Assembly: GCA_963735805.1 (NCBI GenBank)
Contig: CAVTMK010000001.1
Coordinates: 1-64,000 of the forward strand
Source of the DNA: an uncultured Verrucomicrobiae bacterium
Lineage (GTDB): Bacteria; Verrucomicrobiota; Verrucomicrobiia; Chthoniobacterales; UBA10450
Direction of reading: 5' to 3'
Length of the DNA stretch: 64,000 nucleotides
Shown: positions 30,119 through 39,350 of the stretch, piece after piece
How the letters are laid out: each line of letters begins with the position of its first letter
Position numbering within the stretch: the stretch's first letter is position 1
Program-made: the position numbers and the translations under genes
The notes under the pieces: generated by a model
Seen by the model: the letters and a program-made list of their open reading frames with translations, nothing else
What the model was told of the DNA's origin: nothing
Databases searched by the model: none

Positions 30119-32491
30119 CTACTTTGGTGCGAGGGAGGCGACGATTTTTTCAAAGCAAGGATCACCGCGCAGCGGATCCCAAAACGGCAAAAGCTTCAAC
30201 TGACCATAAGTGAGGCGGCTCGGGGGACGGATCGCAACAGCAAGCTGCTTGCAGGCGAGATCTTTATCGCCAGTCCAGGCAGCGATCATGGCCAAATATT
30301 TGATCATGGCAATGCCATTAATTGCATCTTTTTCCACGGGAAGAAGCTCCACCGCGCGGCGGCCTTCGCGAAGTGCTTCCTCTTTGCGCCCCAGACCCGC
30401 ATCGATCAAACCCAGCACGCACAACGGCGGACCGTAGTTTGGTTGAGCTTGGATGATTTTCTCCTGTTCCGTCCGTGCCTCAGCGAAAGCAGATCGCTCT
30501 TTTTCATTATCTTTCACCATCCGAGCGATAACGCCTTCCACAAACGGACGACTGAAATTCACAGCTTCATCGGTGAAAGGCGGATTCGAACCCGCGGCGA
30601 TCGAGGCAATTTTTACGGCAGCTGCGTCGCGTTCAGCTAGTGCGCAAATCAGCCAACCATCGGCGACGCTTTGGGTGGCAGCGGGATTTGTGGCCCGGAT
30701 TGAATCAAGCATTTCATGTAGCGGGCGGGTATCGGCTTTCCAATGGAATTCCACGAACGCGCGCGCTACTTTCGTATCGACATCATTCGGCTCAATGGCC
30801 AGCGCGCGGTCCAATACTGATTGTTCTTCAGCGAAGCGGCGGAGATGATGATAACTGAGCGCAATCTGCTGGAGCGTGAAAGTGTTGCGAGGGTCGAGAT
30901 CAATTGCGCGCTCAAGACTGCGCACCGCCTCTCCTTGTTTGCCCTGGCGACGCTCGATATAACCTTTTAGCTCGAAAACGCCTGCATCGTTAGGCAAGGT
31001 CTGGCCAGCAACTTCCAATTCAGCCAGGGCAGCGTCAAAGTCCAGGTAGCCTCGATAAAGATTTTGAGCGCGTGCCAGGTGTGCTTCGCCCGCGTCCGGA
31101 CGGAGGCGAAACGCCGCCTGGATTGCCGCTTCGGCTAAGGCCAGTCGTGCAGGGGTATGGTCGTAACCGAGGAAGTAAATGCGATCATGAGTATGAGCGA
31201 GTTGGCAATACGCCTGGAAAAACGATGGGTCTTGAGTAATCGCCCGGTTCAGCAGATCGGCTCCCTCCAGTAAATTCGCTCTCGCGTTCCTGATGGCCAG
31301 AACATTTTTGGCCTGAGCATAGAATTCGAAGGCGGCGATGTCGCTCGTCGGAGGACGTTCGATTGCTCCCTTTTCGCTGGGCGAAAGGCTCGCCTGCAAC
31401 TGATCGGCAATGGCCTTTGCGATCTCACTCTGAATCGCGAATACGTCCGCAAGATCGCGGTCATAGGTCTGCGCCCATAACTGCCGATCAGTCCGCGCAT
31501 CAACCAACTCTGCGTTGACGCGCACACGATTCCCAGAGCGCTGAACGCTCCCTTCCACGACATGAGCTACCCTAAGCTGCTGGCCAATCTCGCGCACGTT
31601 GCGCTCGGCACCGCTCCTGTACTGCATTACGCTGGTGCGGCTGATCACTTTCAGATCAGCCACTTTTGCCAAATCAGTCAGTATCTCGCCTTGCACTCCA
31701 TCGGCGAAATAGGCGTTCTGTTTCTCGTCGCTCCGGTTCTCAAACGGAAGAACCGCGATGCTCTTCTCGAGAATAGCAGGAGAGGTTATGACGGAAACAT
31801 TTGTCGTTTTCCGTCCTGATTGATAACCAAAAATCGACAGGCCACCGAATAGCATCACTCCGAGGAACACTCCTGCGACGAACAGGACGGCGACCTTTCT
31901 GCGCGCTTTGATTCGCCTAATCTTGTCGGGCAACTGCGGATTACCAACCTCATTGGTGTAAAAATTAAAGATGCAGAGTTCCAGTCCATGCTTGACTTCC
32001 ACTTTACCCAGCGTGTGCAGATATGGCCGCCAACGCCCGTACTGCTCCAAATCTTCAGCTACATGTTTGGAAATCAGGATGTGGCCCGCATCGCCGCAGT
32101 GCATCACGCGTTGGGCCACGTTCATGCCTGAGCCGGCTACGTTCGCGCGCCCGTTCACGTCGACAACGCCACTAACGGGACCGCTGTGCACTCCCATGCG
32201 CAGGCGCAGTTCGGGATGCTCCTTAAGCGATCGACTTACTTCGAGCGCGCATTGAACCGGCGCTTCCGGGCTACGATAAAAGACCAGCGCCATTCCGTCA
32301 CCTGTCGAAATCTTGACCAACTTTCCGGCTGCTTCGGCACTCCGGAATTCAGCCGTCCCGCGAACAAGCTGGTTCAGTGTGTCGATTAACTCCCGTTGGT
32401 CGTCAATCAAAAGCCTGGAGTAACCGACCGTGTCGATGAACAACACGTGGGCGATCTCCAGCTCGATTTCTTTCTCGACCTGAAGGGACAT
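30119..32491 (-). CDS. Class III adenylate/guanylate cyclase-like domain + TM + TolB-like domain + TPR protein
   Basis: VLFIDTVGYS, TGDGMALVF, LRMGVHSGPV, KSIAVLPFEN, TPR helices, WDPLRGDP. Confidence 0.9.
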   Translation of the reverse strand: MSLQVEKEIELEIAHVLFIDTVGYSRLLIDDQRELIDTLNQLVRGTAEFRSAEAAGKLVKISTGDGMALVFYRSPEAPVQCALEVSRSLKEHPELRLRMGVHSGPVSGVVDVNGRANVAGSGMNVAQRVMHCGDAGHILISKHVAEDLEQYGRWRPYLHTLGKVEVKHGLELCIFNFYTNEVGNPQLPDKIRRIKARRKVAVLFVAGVFLGVMLFGGLSIFGYQSGRKTTNVSVITSPAILEKSIAVLPFENRSDEKQNAYFADGVQGEILTDLAKVADLKVISRTSVMQYRSGAERNVREIGQQLRVAHVVEGSVQRSGNRVRVNAELVDARTDRQLWAQTYDRDLADVFAIQSEIAKAIADQLQASLSPSEKGAIERPPTSDIAAFEFYAQAKNVLAIRNARANLLEGADLLNRAITQDPSFFQAYCQLAHTHDRIYFLGYDHTPARLALAEAAIQAAFRLRPDAGEAHLARAQNLYRGYLDFDAALAELEVAGQTLPNDAGVFELKGYIERRQGKQGEAVRSLERAIDLDPRNTFTLQQIALSYHHLRRFAEEQSVLDRALAIEPNDVDTKVARAFVEFHWKADTRPLHEMLDSIRATNPAATQSVADGWLICALAERDAAAVKIASIAAGSNPPFTDEAVNFSRPFVEGVIARMVKDNEKERSAFAEARTEQEKIIQAQPNYGPPLCVLGLIDAGLGRKEEALREGRRAVELLPVEKDAINGIAMIKYLAMIAAWTGDKDLACKQLAVAIRPPSRLTYGQLKLLPFWDPLRGDPCFEKIVASLAPK

Positions 32492-32607
32492 TTCCCGATC
32501 TGCCCCGCAAACTAACATAACACGCGATTGTGAGGTTGTGATTTCTTTGCTCAGCCTGCATTGGTGTTGGCACGTTTGGATTTCCGTACTACGTTTTGAA
32601 GTGATGT

Positions 32608-33921
32608 CTATCGATGGTGTCCGTGGACTGGCTGGAAGTAGTGTTTCTCGAGGTAGTGGGCGACCTTCTTGCCGAGCTTGGCTCCCTGCTCATCGGCGGT
32701 GCGGAAGTGTATGCCGGCCCACACTCGTGCATCGATGACCTCCTCGAGCGCGTCCGAGAATCGGTCGAAGCTCCGCGTGGTACAGGATTTGTTGCTGAAA
32801 GCGCTGAAGCCAATCCTGTCGGTGCCGAAGAAGTTCTTCAGCGTGTGCGTGAACGCAGCGGTCGCGGAGGCGTGGCCCGAGGGGTGATCAGGGAATGGCG
32901 GCGTGAAGAGCAGCGGCGGATTGCAGACAGGTATCGATGGATCGAACAGCGGTAGCCACGTCGGATCGGCCTGGGTTGCGGGATTGCCGTCAGTGTCGGC
33001 CTCGCGGATGGCCGTGATCGGCCGCCAGAACTGAAAGTAGTACTTGTCGTTCCAGCATCCGATCAGCGCGTCAGCGGCAGCCATGTTCTCCATCGCGAAG
33101 AAGCGGGCATTTTCGATGATGTCCAAGTGTTGGCTGGCGGCCAGCGCGCGAAAGATCCGGTTCCAGAGCGCCATCGCTTGATCCTGCCAGAATATAGCAG
33201 CATCGGTCTGGTCCGCCGTTCGGGTTATGCTCGTGAGTGAGCCCACCTCCTTGACCTCGTTAAAATCCTCCGCGTATTCGGCACTCGTGAGTGCGTTCGG
33301 TCCATCGGTGCGGAACATCGTTGCGCTCGGCAAGAGAAATGGCCGCACATTCCCGACCCACGGCGAGGGATCGTTCGCGAAGTTTGGCGGTGTCGGCCGC
33401 CAGATCCCCGGCGCTGGCGGGTACAAGGCTGGGGGCGGTCCGAAGCGTCCGTCGTTCGTTCGCGCGGTGAGCATTGCGCTAGCTGTGGCCGCGCCAATAG
33501 CAATCCCGGCTGCTCTCGATCCCGGCGGGTTGTCAGGCAGAGCCGCTATGTACGCATCATAGAGCGGCTGGAGCGTCCCGACCTGACCTGGGAATACACC
33601 GACGAGCACCTGGAACGCCGCCGTCGCCGCGGCCGCTTCCTTCGAGTCCGTCGGATTTGATGGAGGCTGCACGAGGTACGGCCGGTGGCCACGGTCGATC
33701 GCGTTGACCGCGTCATACACAGCCCCGTGCACCATTGCGAAGTGCAGCACCGACACCGGCGGCGGCTGCCCGGCAGTCACGACGATCGCGTTCGACGCGA
33801 TCAGGTTCCAGTCAGTCACAGCGTCCGCGCGCGCGACCGCAGGTAAGACAAGCGCGACGAACACCTGTGCGATCAGAAGTGGTAGAATGGATATTTTTGT
33901 AAACTGAGTTAATGGGTTCAT
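32608..33921 (-). CDS. Vanadium-dependent haloperoxidase / PAP2 superfamily secreted protein
   Basis: KYYFQFWRPITAI, PPFPDHPSGH, ARVWAGIHFR. Confidence 0.92.
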   Translation of the reverse strand: MNPLTQFTKISILPLLIAQVFVALVLPAVARADAVTDWNLIASNAIVVTAGQPPPVSVLHFAMVHGAVYDAVNAIDRGHRPYLVQPPSNPTDSKEAAAATAAFQVLVGVFPGQVGTLQPLYDAYIAALPDNPPGSRAAGIAIGAATASAMLTARTNDGRFGPPPALYPPAPGIWRPTPPNFANDPSPWVGNVRPFLLPSATMFRTDGPNALTSAEYAEDFNEVKEVGSLTSITRTADQTDAAIFWQDQAMALWNRIFRALAASQHLDIIENARFFAMENMAAADALIGCWNDKYYFQFWRPITAIREADTDGNPATQADPTWLPLFDPSIPVCNPPLLFTPPFPDHPSGHASATAAFTHTLKNFFGTDRIGFSAFSNKSCTTRSFDRFSDALEEVIDARVWAGIHFRTADEQGAKLGKKVAHYLEKHYFQPVHGHHR

Positions 33922-34022
33922 TGGTTGTTCCTTTCCTTGGTTTCGTTGTTTGGCTTTCATCTCGATAAGGCGCGAAAGAGCTTTCAAAGTGATCATCTAA
34001 ATTGAGATTTTTTTCCGAGACG
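33922..34022 (-). promoter_or_regulatory. Conserved upstream region, copy 1 (putative ECF promoter TGATCA-N15-CGCGCCTTA)
   Basis: Close copy of 35121-35218; TGATCA at 33990-33995. Confidence 0.6.
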
Positions 34023-34250
34023 TATTGAGCGTCAGCTTCTTGGCAGAGCTAGTGTGGAAAGGGAACGGCGTACCAACGTCCAACGTTCAATGCTGCATCG
34101 TCCGCTTTATTCACGAGACCTTTGCCCTCTCATTCCAAGCGAAGTCGCCTGCCCGGCCGTAGCTTTATGCGTCGGGAGGAATCTCTTACTTTTTTGACTG
34201 CGGAGAAGCGGGTTTTTGCTTCTGAGTTTCTCGCGACGGATGAGCAGCGT

Positions 34251-35120
34251 TTACAAGCAACAGCCATAGTCCCACGGATCACAAAAATCGGCGAAGCTCC
34301 AGCCAACAGGAAGAGTTGGGCCGTACGCGCCGCTGATGAAAACGTTGTTGCTAAGGTACCAGATCGCGGTCTGACGTGTGGTCGCAGCGTAGAGCACATA
34401 GTCGGGGTAGCCGTCGCCGTTAAAGTCGGCTGTACCTACCAAGTCCCAGCCGCTGGGGATAGTCGGCCCGTAAGCGCCTCCAACAAGCGTTCGCCCAGAC
34501 AAATACAAGATCGCGGTCTGGCGCGTGCCGTTCTCGAGGAGATAATCAGGATGGCCGTCGCGATTAAAATCCGCTACTCCCACCACACTCCAGCCTACCG
34601 GAAGTGTTGGTCCGAAATCTCCGCCAACGTACACATTGTTGCTAAGATACCAGATCGCGGTCTGACGTGTGGTCGCATTGTAGAGCACATAGTCGGGGTA
34701 GCCGTCACCGTTAAAGTCGCCAATACCCTCCCATCCCCAGCCACTGGGAACGCTCGGCCCGTAAGCACCTCCAACAAGCGTTCGCCCAGATAAATACCAG
34801 ATCGCTGTGTCGGGCGAAATACCGGAATCGAGCAAGAGATAATCTGGGTGGCCGTCGCGATTAAAATCCGCTACGCCAGCTAAAATGTACCAGCCAGCTA
34901 CAAGAGTCGGGCCGGACCCGCCGCTGATGAAAACGTTGTTGTTCAGATACCAGATCACCGTTTGACGCGGGCAGGCCTTATGAAGCACAAAGTCCGGGTG
35001 GCCGTCACCGTTAAAGTCACTTATTGCAGCCTGGGCTGTACCAGCAGCCCACGCGACGAGCACTAGTGCGATGAGAGGTGGTACAAGTGGTATTTTTTTG
35101 AACTGGGTTAGCGGATTCAT
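34251..35120 (-). CDS. FG-GAP/VCBS repeat secreted protein
   Basis: Five DFNxDGxPDY repeats; signal peptide. Confidence 0.92.
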   Translation of the reverse strand: MNPLTQFKKIPLVPPLIALVLVAWAAGTAQAAISDFNGDGHPDFVLHKACPRQTVIWYLNNNVFISGGSGPTLVAGWYILAGVADFNRDGHPDYLLLDSGISPDTAIWYLSGRTLVGGAYGPSVPSGWGWEGIGDFNGDGYPDYVLYNATTRQTAIWYLSNNVYVGGDFGPTLPVGWSVVGVADFNRDGHPDYLLENGTRQTAILYLSGRTLVGGAYGPTIPSGWDLVGTADFNGDGYPDYVLYAATTRQTAIWYLSNNVFISGAYGPTLPVGWSFADFCDPWDYGCCL

Positions 35121-35218
35121 TGTTGTTCCTTTCTTTGTCGTTGTTTGGCTTCCATCGTGGTAAGGTGCGAAAGAGCGATCAAAGTGATCATCTGAATTTG
35201 GATTTTCTTCGGAGACGC
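35121..35218 (-). promoter_or_regulatory. Conserved upstream region, copy 2 (putative ECF promoter TGATCA-N15-CGCACCTTA)
   Basis: TGATCA at 35185-35190; divergent from the ECF sigma gene. Confidence 0.6.
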
Positions 35219-35268
35219 TTTCTGCGTGCAGGAACTGTTTCGGCTTGGTAGCCTATGAGGACCAAGTT

Positions 35269-35847
35269 ATGGATACGCCTTCGGTCTCTCAGCAGAGAGT
35301 GACCGATCTCCTGACGCGATGGAGTGAAGGGGACGATGCTGTTCTCACGGAATTAACTCCGCTCGTCTATGAGGAACTCCGACGCCTTGCGCATCGTCAG
35401 ATGGGCGCGGAACGTCCGGACCACACACTGCAAACGACGGCGCTCGTTAGCGAGGCTTATCTGCGCCTGGCCGACCAAACCAATCCACGCTGGCAAAACC
35501 GTGCCCACTTCTTCGCTGTGGCCGCCCGCGCGATGCGCCAAATCCTGGTTAGCTACGCCAGGAGTCAGCGAGCGGAAAAGCGCGGTGGCGGCGCGCTCAA
35601 GATAGAATTGGACGAGGCAGCGCTGATTTCACCGGAGGAATCAAAGCAGATCGTCGATCTGCACGAGGCACTGGAAACGCTGGCCACGCTCGACTCCAGA
35701 AAAGCTCAAGTAGTCGAGCTGAAATATTTTGGCGGTCTCAATTACGACGAGATGGCAGAAGTGCTTAAGATTTCGCCTGTGACAGTGAGGCGCGACTGGA
35801 GATTTGCCAAGGCCTGGCTGTACACAGAATTGCAGAACGCGGACTGA
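35269..35847 (+). CDS. ECF sigma-70 factor (TIGR02999-like)
   Basis: LVYEELRRLA, HTLQTTALVSEAYLRL, AMRQILV, KRGGG, TVRRDWRFAKAWL. Confidence 0.95.
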   Translation: MDTPSVSQQRVTDLLTRWSEGDDAVLTELTPLVYEELRRLAHRQMGAERPDHTLQTTALVSEAYLRLADQTNPRWQNRAHFFAVAARAMRQILVSYARSQRAEKRGGGALKIELDEAALISPEESKQIVDLHEALETLATLDSRKAQVVELKYFGGLNYDEMAEVLKISPVTVRRDWRFAKAWLYTELQNAD

Positions 35848-35970
35848 TAGAAATGACGAAGCTCGAATGACGAATGACTTCGCCTCGCTAAATCGTCAAA
35901 TTGTTGAACCGTTCAACCGGAAATCCGAATGCATCCGATGTAACGCTTTAACGAGTCCCGTTCTTAAATC

Positions 35971-38900
35971 ATGACGCCGGCGCGGTTCCAAACGATTGAG
36001 AAAATCTTCCTTGCCGCGCTGGAACAAGAGCCGGACCAAGTTAACGCATTTTTGGATACGGCTTGCGAAAGCGACGCGGTTTTGCGGCGTGAAGTTGAAG
36101 CGCTTCTGGCTTCAGATCAACGAGCAGGCCAGTTTATAGAAACATCAAGTGTTGGTCTCGCGACGAAGGTTATTCAAAATCAGCAGGCTGATTCGCTCGT
36201 CGGTCGGACGATCGGTCACTACAAAATTTCTGAAGCGATCGGTACCGGTGGGATGGGTGAAGTCTATCTGGCCACTGACATCACAGCGGGTCGCAAAGCC
36301 GCGCTCAAACTTTTGCCATTGCGCTTTACTGGTGACGTTGAGCGGCTGAAGCGGTTTCAACAAGAAGCGCACGCGGTGGTCGGGCTGAATCATCCAAATA
36401 TCCTGACCGTTTACGAGATCGGCGAGGATCACTCGACTCATTACATCGCCAGCGAACTGATCGAAGGCGAGACCCTGCGTCAACGTCTGATGCGCGGTCG
36501 AATCCAGGTCGGTGAAGCTGTTGACGTCGCGATCCAGGTGGCGGGGGCGCTCGCCGCCGCCGACGAAACAGGCATTGTCCATCGCGACATCAAGCCGGAG
36601 AACATCATGCTTCGACCGGACGGCTACGTGAAGGTGCTCGATTTTGGCATTGCAAAGCTTGCCGAATCCGCCTTCGCCGAGACTACAGCGGACGGGGCAG
36701 AACCGATGACACTGGCCGAGACCAACCTGGGATCAATCCTGGGAACCGTTCGTTACATGTCGCCGGAGCAGGCGTGTCCCGCAGTCGGCGGGATTGATAA
36801 ACGCACCGATATCTGGAGTCTTGGTGTAGTCCTTTACGAAATGGTAACCGGGCATGCGCCATTCACTGGCGACAAACCGCAAGACGTCATGTCTGCGATT
36901 CTTGAGACGGAGCCACCTCCGCTCTCGCGCTACATTGCGCCCCCGCCCGCTGAGCTTCAGCAGATCATCAACAAAACGCTGCGGAAAAATCGCGAGGAAC
37001 GGTATGGCAGCGCAAACGATCTGCTTCAGGCGCTCAAAGATCTTCGTCACAAATTGGAAGTCGAGGCAGACTCGGCACACGCCGCCGCGGCTCCTTTTTG
37101 GCTGCGCTGGATGCGGTCGCCCGCTGCCCTGGCGCTCGTAGTGTTGGTAGCTGCTGTAGCGCTAGCGCTTCCGTTCTACAGGCATCGGAATCGGAATGTG
37201 ACAACGAGCTCACCACCAGAAAAAAGTATCGCCGTGCTGCCATTCCTCGATCTTAGCAAGGCAAAAGACCAGGAGTATTTCTGCGACGGCATGAGCGAGG
37301 AGATCCTCGAAGCCCTGGCTAAAGTCGAGGGGCTGCGTGTCGTTGCCCGCACCTCGTCATTTTCATTCAAAGGGAACAGCGTGAATGCGATGGAGGTTGG
37401 GGAAAAACTAAACGTTGCCAACGTCCTTGAAGGAAGTTTGCGACGAGAGGGTAACCGCGTTCGCGTTACCGCCGAATTGATTAATGCGCGCAGCGGTTTT
37501 CACCTTTGGACGGAAACTTACGACCGCAACTTGGAGGACGTGTTTGCGCTACAGGATGAAATAACTCGCGCAATTGTTGATGCGCTTAAGGTTAAGCTCG
37601 CTGTTTCGCCCCCCGCCCGGCAACAACCTAGCACCGAGGTATACGATCTTTACCTCCAGGGCCTTTATTTTTCAAACAAGAGCAGCGAGGAGGATTTGCG
37701 AAGGGCGCTCAGTTTCTTTCAGCGCGCCGTCGAGAAAGATCCGACCTTTTCGCGTGCTTGGACCGGGATCGCGAAGGTTTGGTATTTTCTGGCTGACGTT
37801 TACGTAAAGCCACTCGACGCTTACCCAGCGTCAAAAGAGGCCGCGTTAAAGGCAATCGCGCTCGACGAGAAGGATGCCGAGGCGCATTGCTACCTGAGCG
37901 AAGCGAAACGTGTCCTCGACTGGGACCTGGCCGGCGCGGAAGCAGAATTGAATCGCGCCCTCGAGCTTGATTCAAACTCGGCGCCCGCTCACTTCTTCTC
38001 GGCACTGCTCCCGCTCTTCCGCGGCGAACTAAAAGAAGGACTCCGGCTTGTGTTGGAAGCTGAGAAATTAGATCCGGTGTCGCCCATCGTCAGCTACGTT
38101 GCCACGGCCGCCTACCTCGCTAACGACCGGATCGACGAGGCAATTAGTGAAGGTCAGCGGACGTTGCAGCTCGATCCAAATTACTTCTATCTTGATTCGG
38201 ATCTCGCCGCTGCCTATCGCGAGAAAGGAAACTTCGTCGAAGCGATTGCGCTTTACACCAAAGCCCAAGAGGCGACCCATCTCCCGAGCAGCGGCCTTGC
38301 CATCACCTACGCGCGCATGGGGCGCGAGATGGAGGCACAAAATATTCTCGCTCAGCTTCTGCAAGCCAGGGAAAAGCGATATGTTTCGGCGCCTGTGATC
38401 GCGGCAGTTTACGTCGCGTTCGGCGACAAAGACGAAGCTTTCCGCTGGCTCGAACGCGCCTTTGCGGAGCACTCGGGAATACTACAGTGGATCGCGTTTC
38501 TTCCCGAATTTCGTCCGCTCCATTCCGATGCACGTTTCCCCCACCTACTGCGGCGAATCGGCGTCTCGCAGAACTCAACTTTGGCGATCACCGAAACAAC
38601 TCTGTCAGAGGCAGTCGATCCGAACGCTCAGAATCACTTCACCCTCAAAGTTGGAGTAAAGCCACGACCGGGTACGCAGAATGGGCACGCAAGTATTATC
38701 GTCTCCTTCTACGACCGGACGAAAGATAACAAAATGAAGCCGACTGATGCGCGGACAAGTTATAGTTGGCTTAACGCTTCCGAGGACTGGACGGATGCAA
38801 CTCCGAAATTCCTGGTAGCGACGTACGTGCGTCCAAAGACCCAATCACGTTCAGCTGACGGACGCGAGTATGGGGGATTCATTGTCCGAGTGTATTTTGA

Positions 38901-38997
38901 CGGCCAGTTACAGGATGCGCGAGCGACGCCACCGGAATTACTGACGCTGTTTCCGGCTTCAGATCAGCTCGCTCCTTCACCCAGTGGTGCCCGATAA
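35971..38997 (+). CDS. Ser/Thr protein kinase + TM + TolB-like + TPR protein with an extra C-terminal beta domain
   Basis: GTGGMGEVY, HRDIKPEN, DFG, YMSPEQ, KSIAVLPF. Confidence 0.95.
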   Translation: MTPARFQTIEKIFLAALEQEPDQVNAFLDTACESDAVLRREVEALLASDQRAGQFIETSSVGLATKVIQNQQADSLVGRTIGHYKISEAIGTGGMGEVYLATDITAGRKAALKLLPLRFTGDVERLKRFQQEAHAVVGLNHPNILTVYEIGEDHSTHYIASELIEGETLRQRLMRGRIQVGEAVDVAIQVAGALAAADETGIVHRDIKPENIMLRPDGYVKVLDFGIAKLAESAFAETTADGAEPMTLAETNLGSILGTVRYMSPEQACPAVGGIDKRTDIWSLGVVLYEMVTGHAPFTGDKPQDVMSAILETEPPPLSRYIAPPPAELQQIINKTLRKNREERYGSANDLLQALKDLRHKLEVEADSAHAAAAPFWLRWMRSPAALALVVLVAAVALALPFYRHRNRNVTTSSPPEKSIAVLPFLDLSKAKDQEYFCDGMSEEILEALAKVEGLRVVARTSSFSFKGNSVNAMEVGEKLNVANVLEGSLRREGNRVRVTAELINARSGFHLWTETYDRNLEDVFALQDEITRAIVDALKVKLAVSPPARQQPSTEVYDLYLQGLYFSNKSSEEDLRRALSFFQRAVEKDPTFSRAWTGIAKVWYFLADVYVKPLDAYPASKEAALKAIALDEKDAEAHCYLSEAKRVLDWDLAGAEAELNRALELDSNSAPAHFFSALLPLFRGELKEGLRLVLEAEKLDPVSPIVSYVATAAYLANDRIDEAISEGQRTLQLDPNYFYLDSDLAAAYREKGNFVEAIALYTKAQEATHLPSSGLAITYARMGREMEAQNILAQLLQAREKRYVSAPVIAAVYVAFGDKDEAFRWLERAFAEHSGILQWIAFLPEFRPLHSDARFPHLLRRIGVSQNSTLAITETTLSEAVDPNAQNHFTLKVGVKPRPGTQNGHASIIVSFYDRTKDNKMKPTDARTSYSWLNASEDWTDATPKFLVATYVRPKTQSRSADGREYGGFIVRVYFDGQLQDARATPPELLTLFPASDQLAPSPSGAR

Positions 38998-39350
38998 ATC
39001 CGTCATGCTGTAGCGGTGGTCTGCGGCCGTCACTCGAATCGCGATCGACAGGGTGATGCTTTCCTTCGACCCCGCGCCGGGCAGAAGGCGAGGATCGGTC
39101 CAAATGAATCTTGTTGTTTGTCGGGAACTTTGCTAAGACGACGCAAGTCTAACGAAAGGAGGCTTGTCATCAAGCGACCATTCATCTGGTGTGCCGGATC
39201 GGGCATAGTCGGAATTCCTTTGCTTCTAGCCTCGATCTCATTTGGCCAGGAGACTGTGTCCACATCTCGGGACGCTGACCAACGTGTCGCCATAGTAGCG
39301 GAGGTAATCGTCACCGGCTCAAACATTCCTACCGCTGAAGAAGTCGGCCC
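38934..39350 (+). repeat. ~415-bp direct repeat, copy 1 (kinase 3' end, intergenic region, TonB receptor 5' end)
   Basis: Aligns with 42279-42693. Confidence 0.9.
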
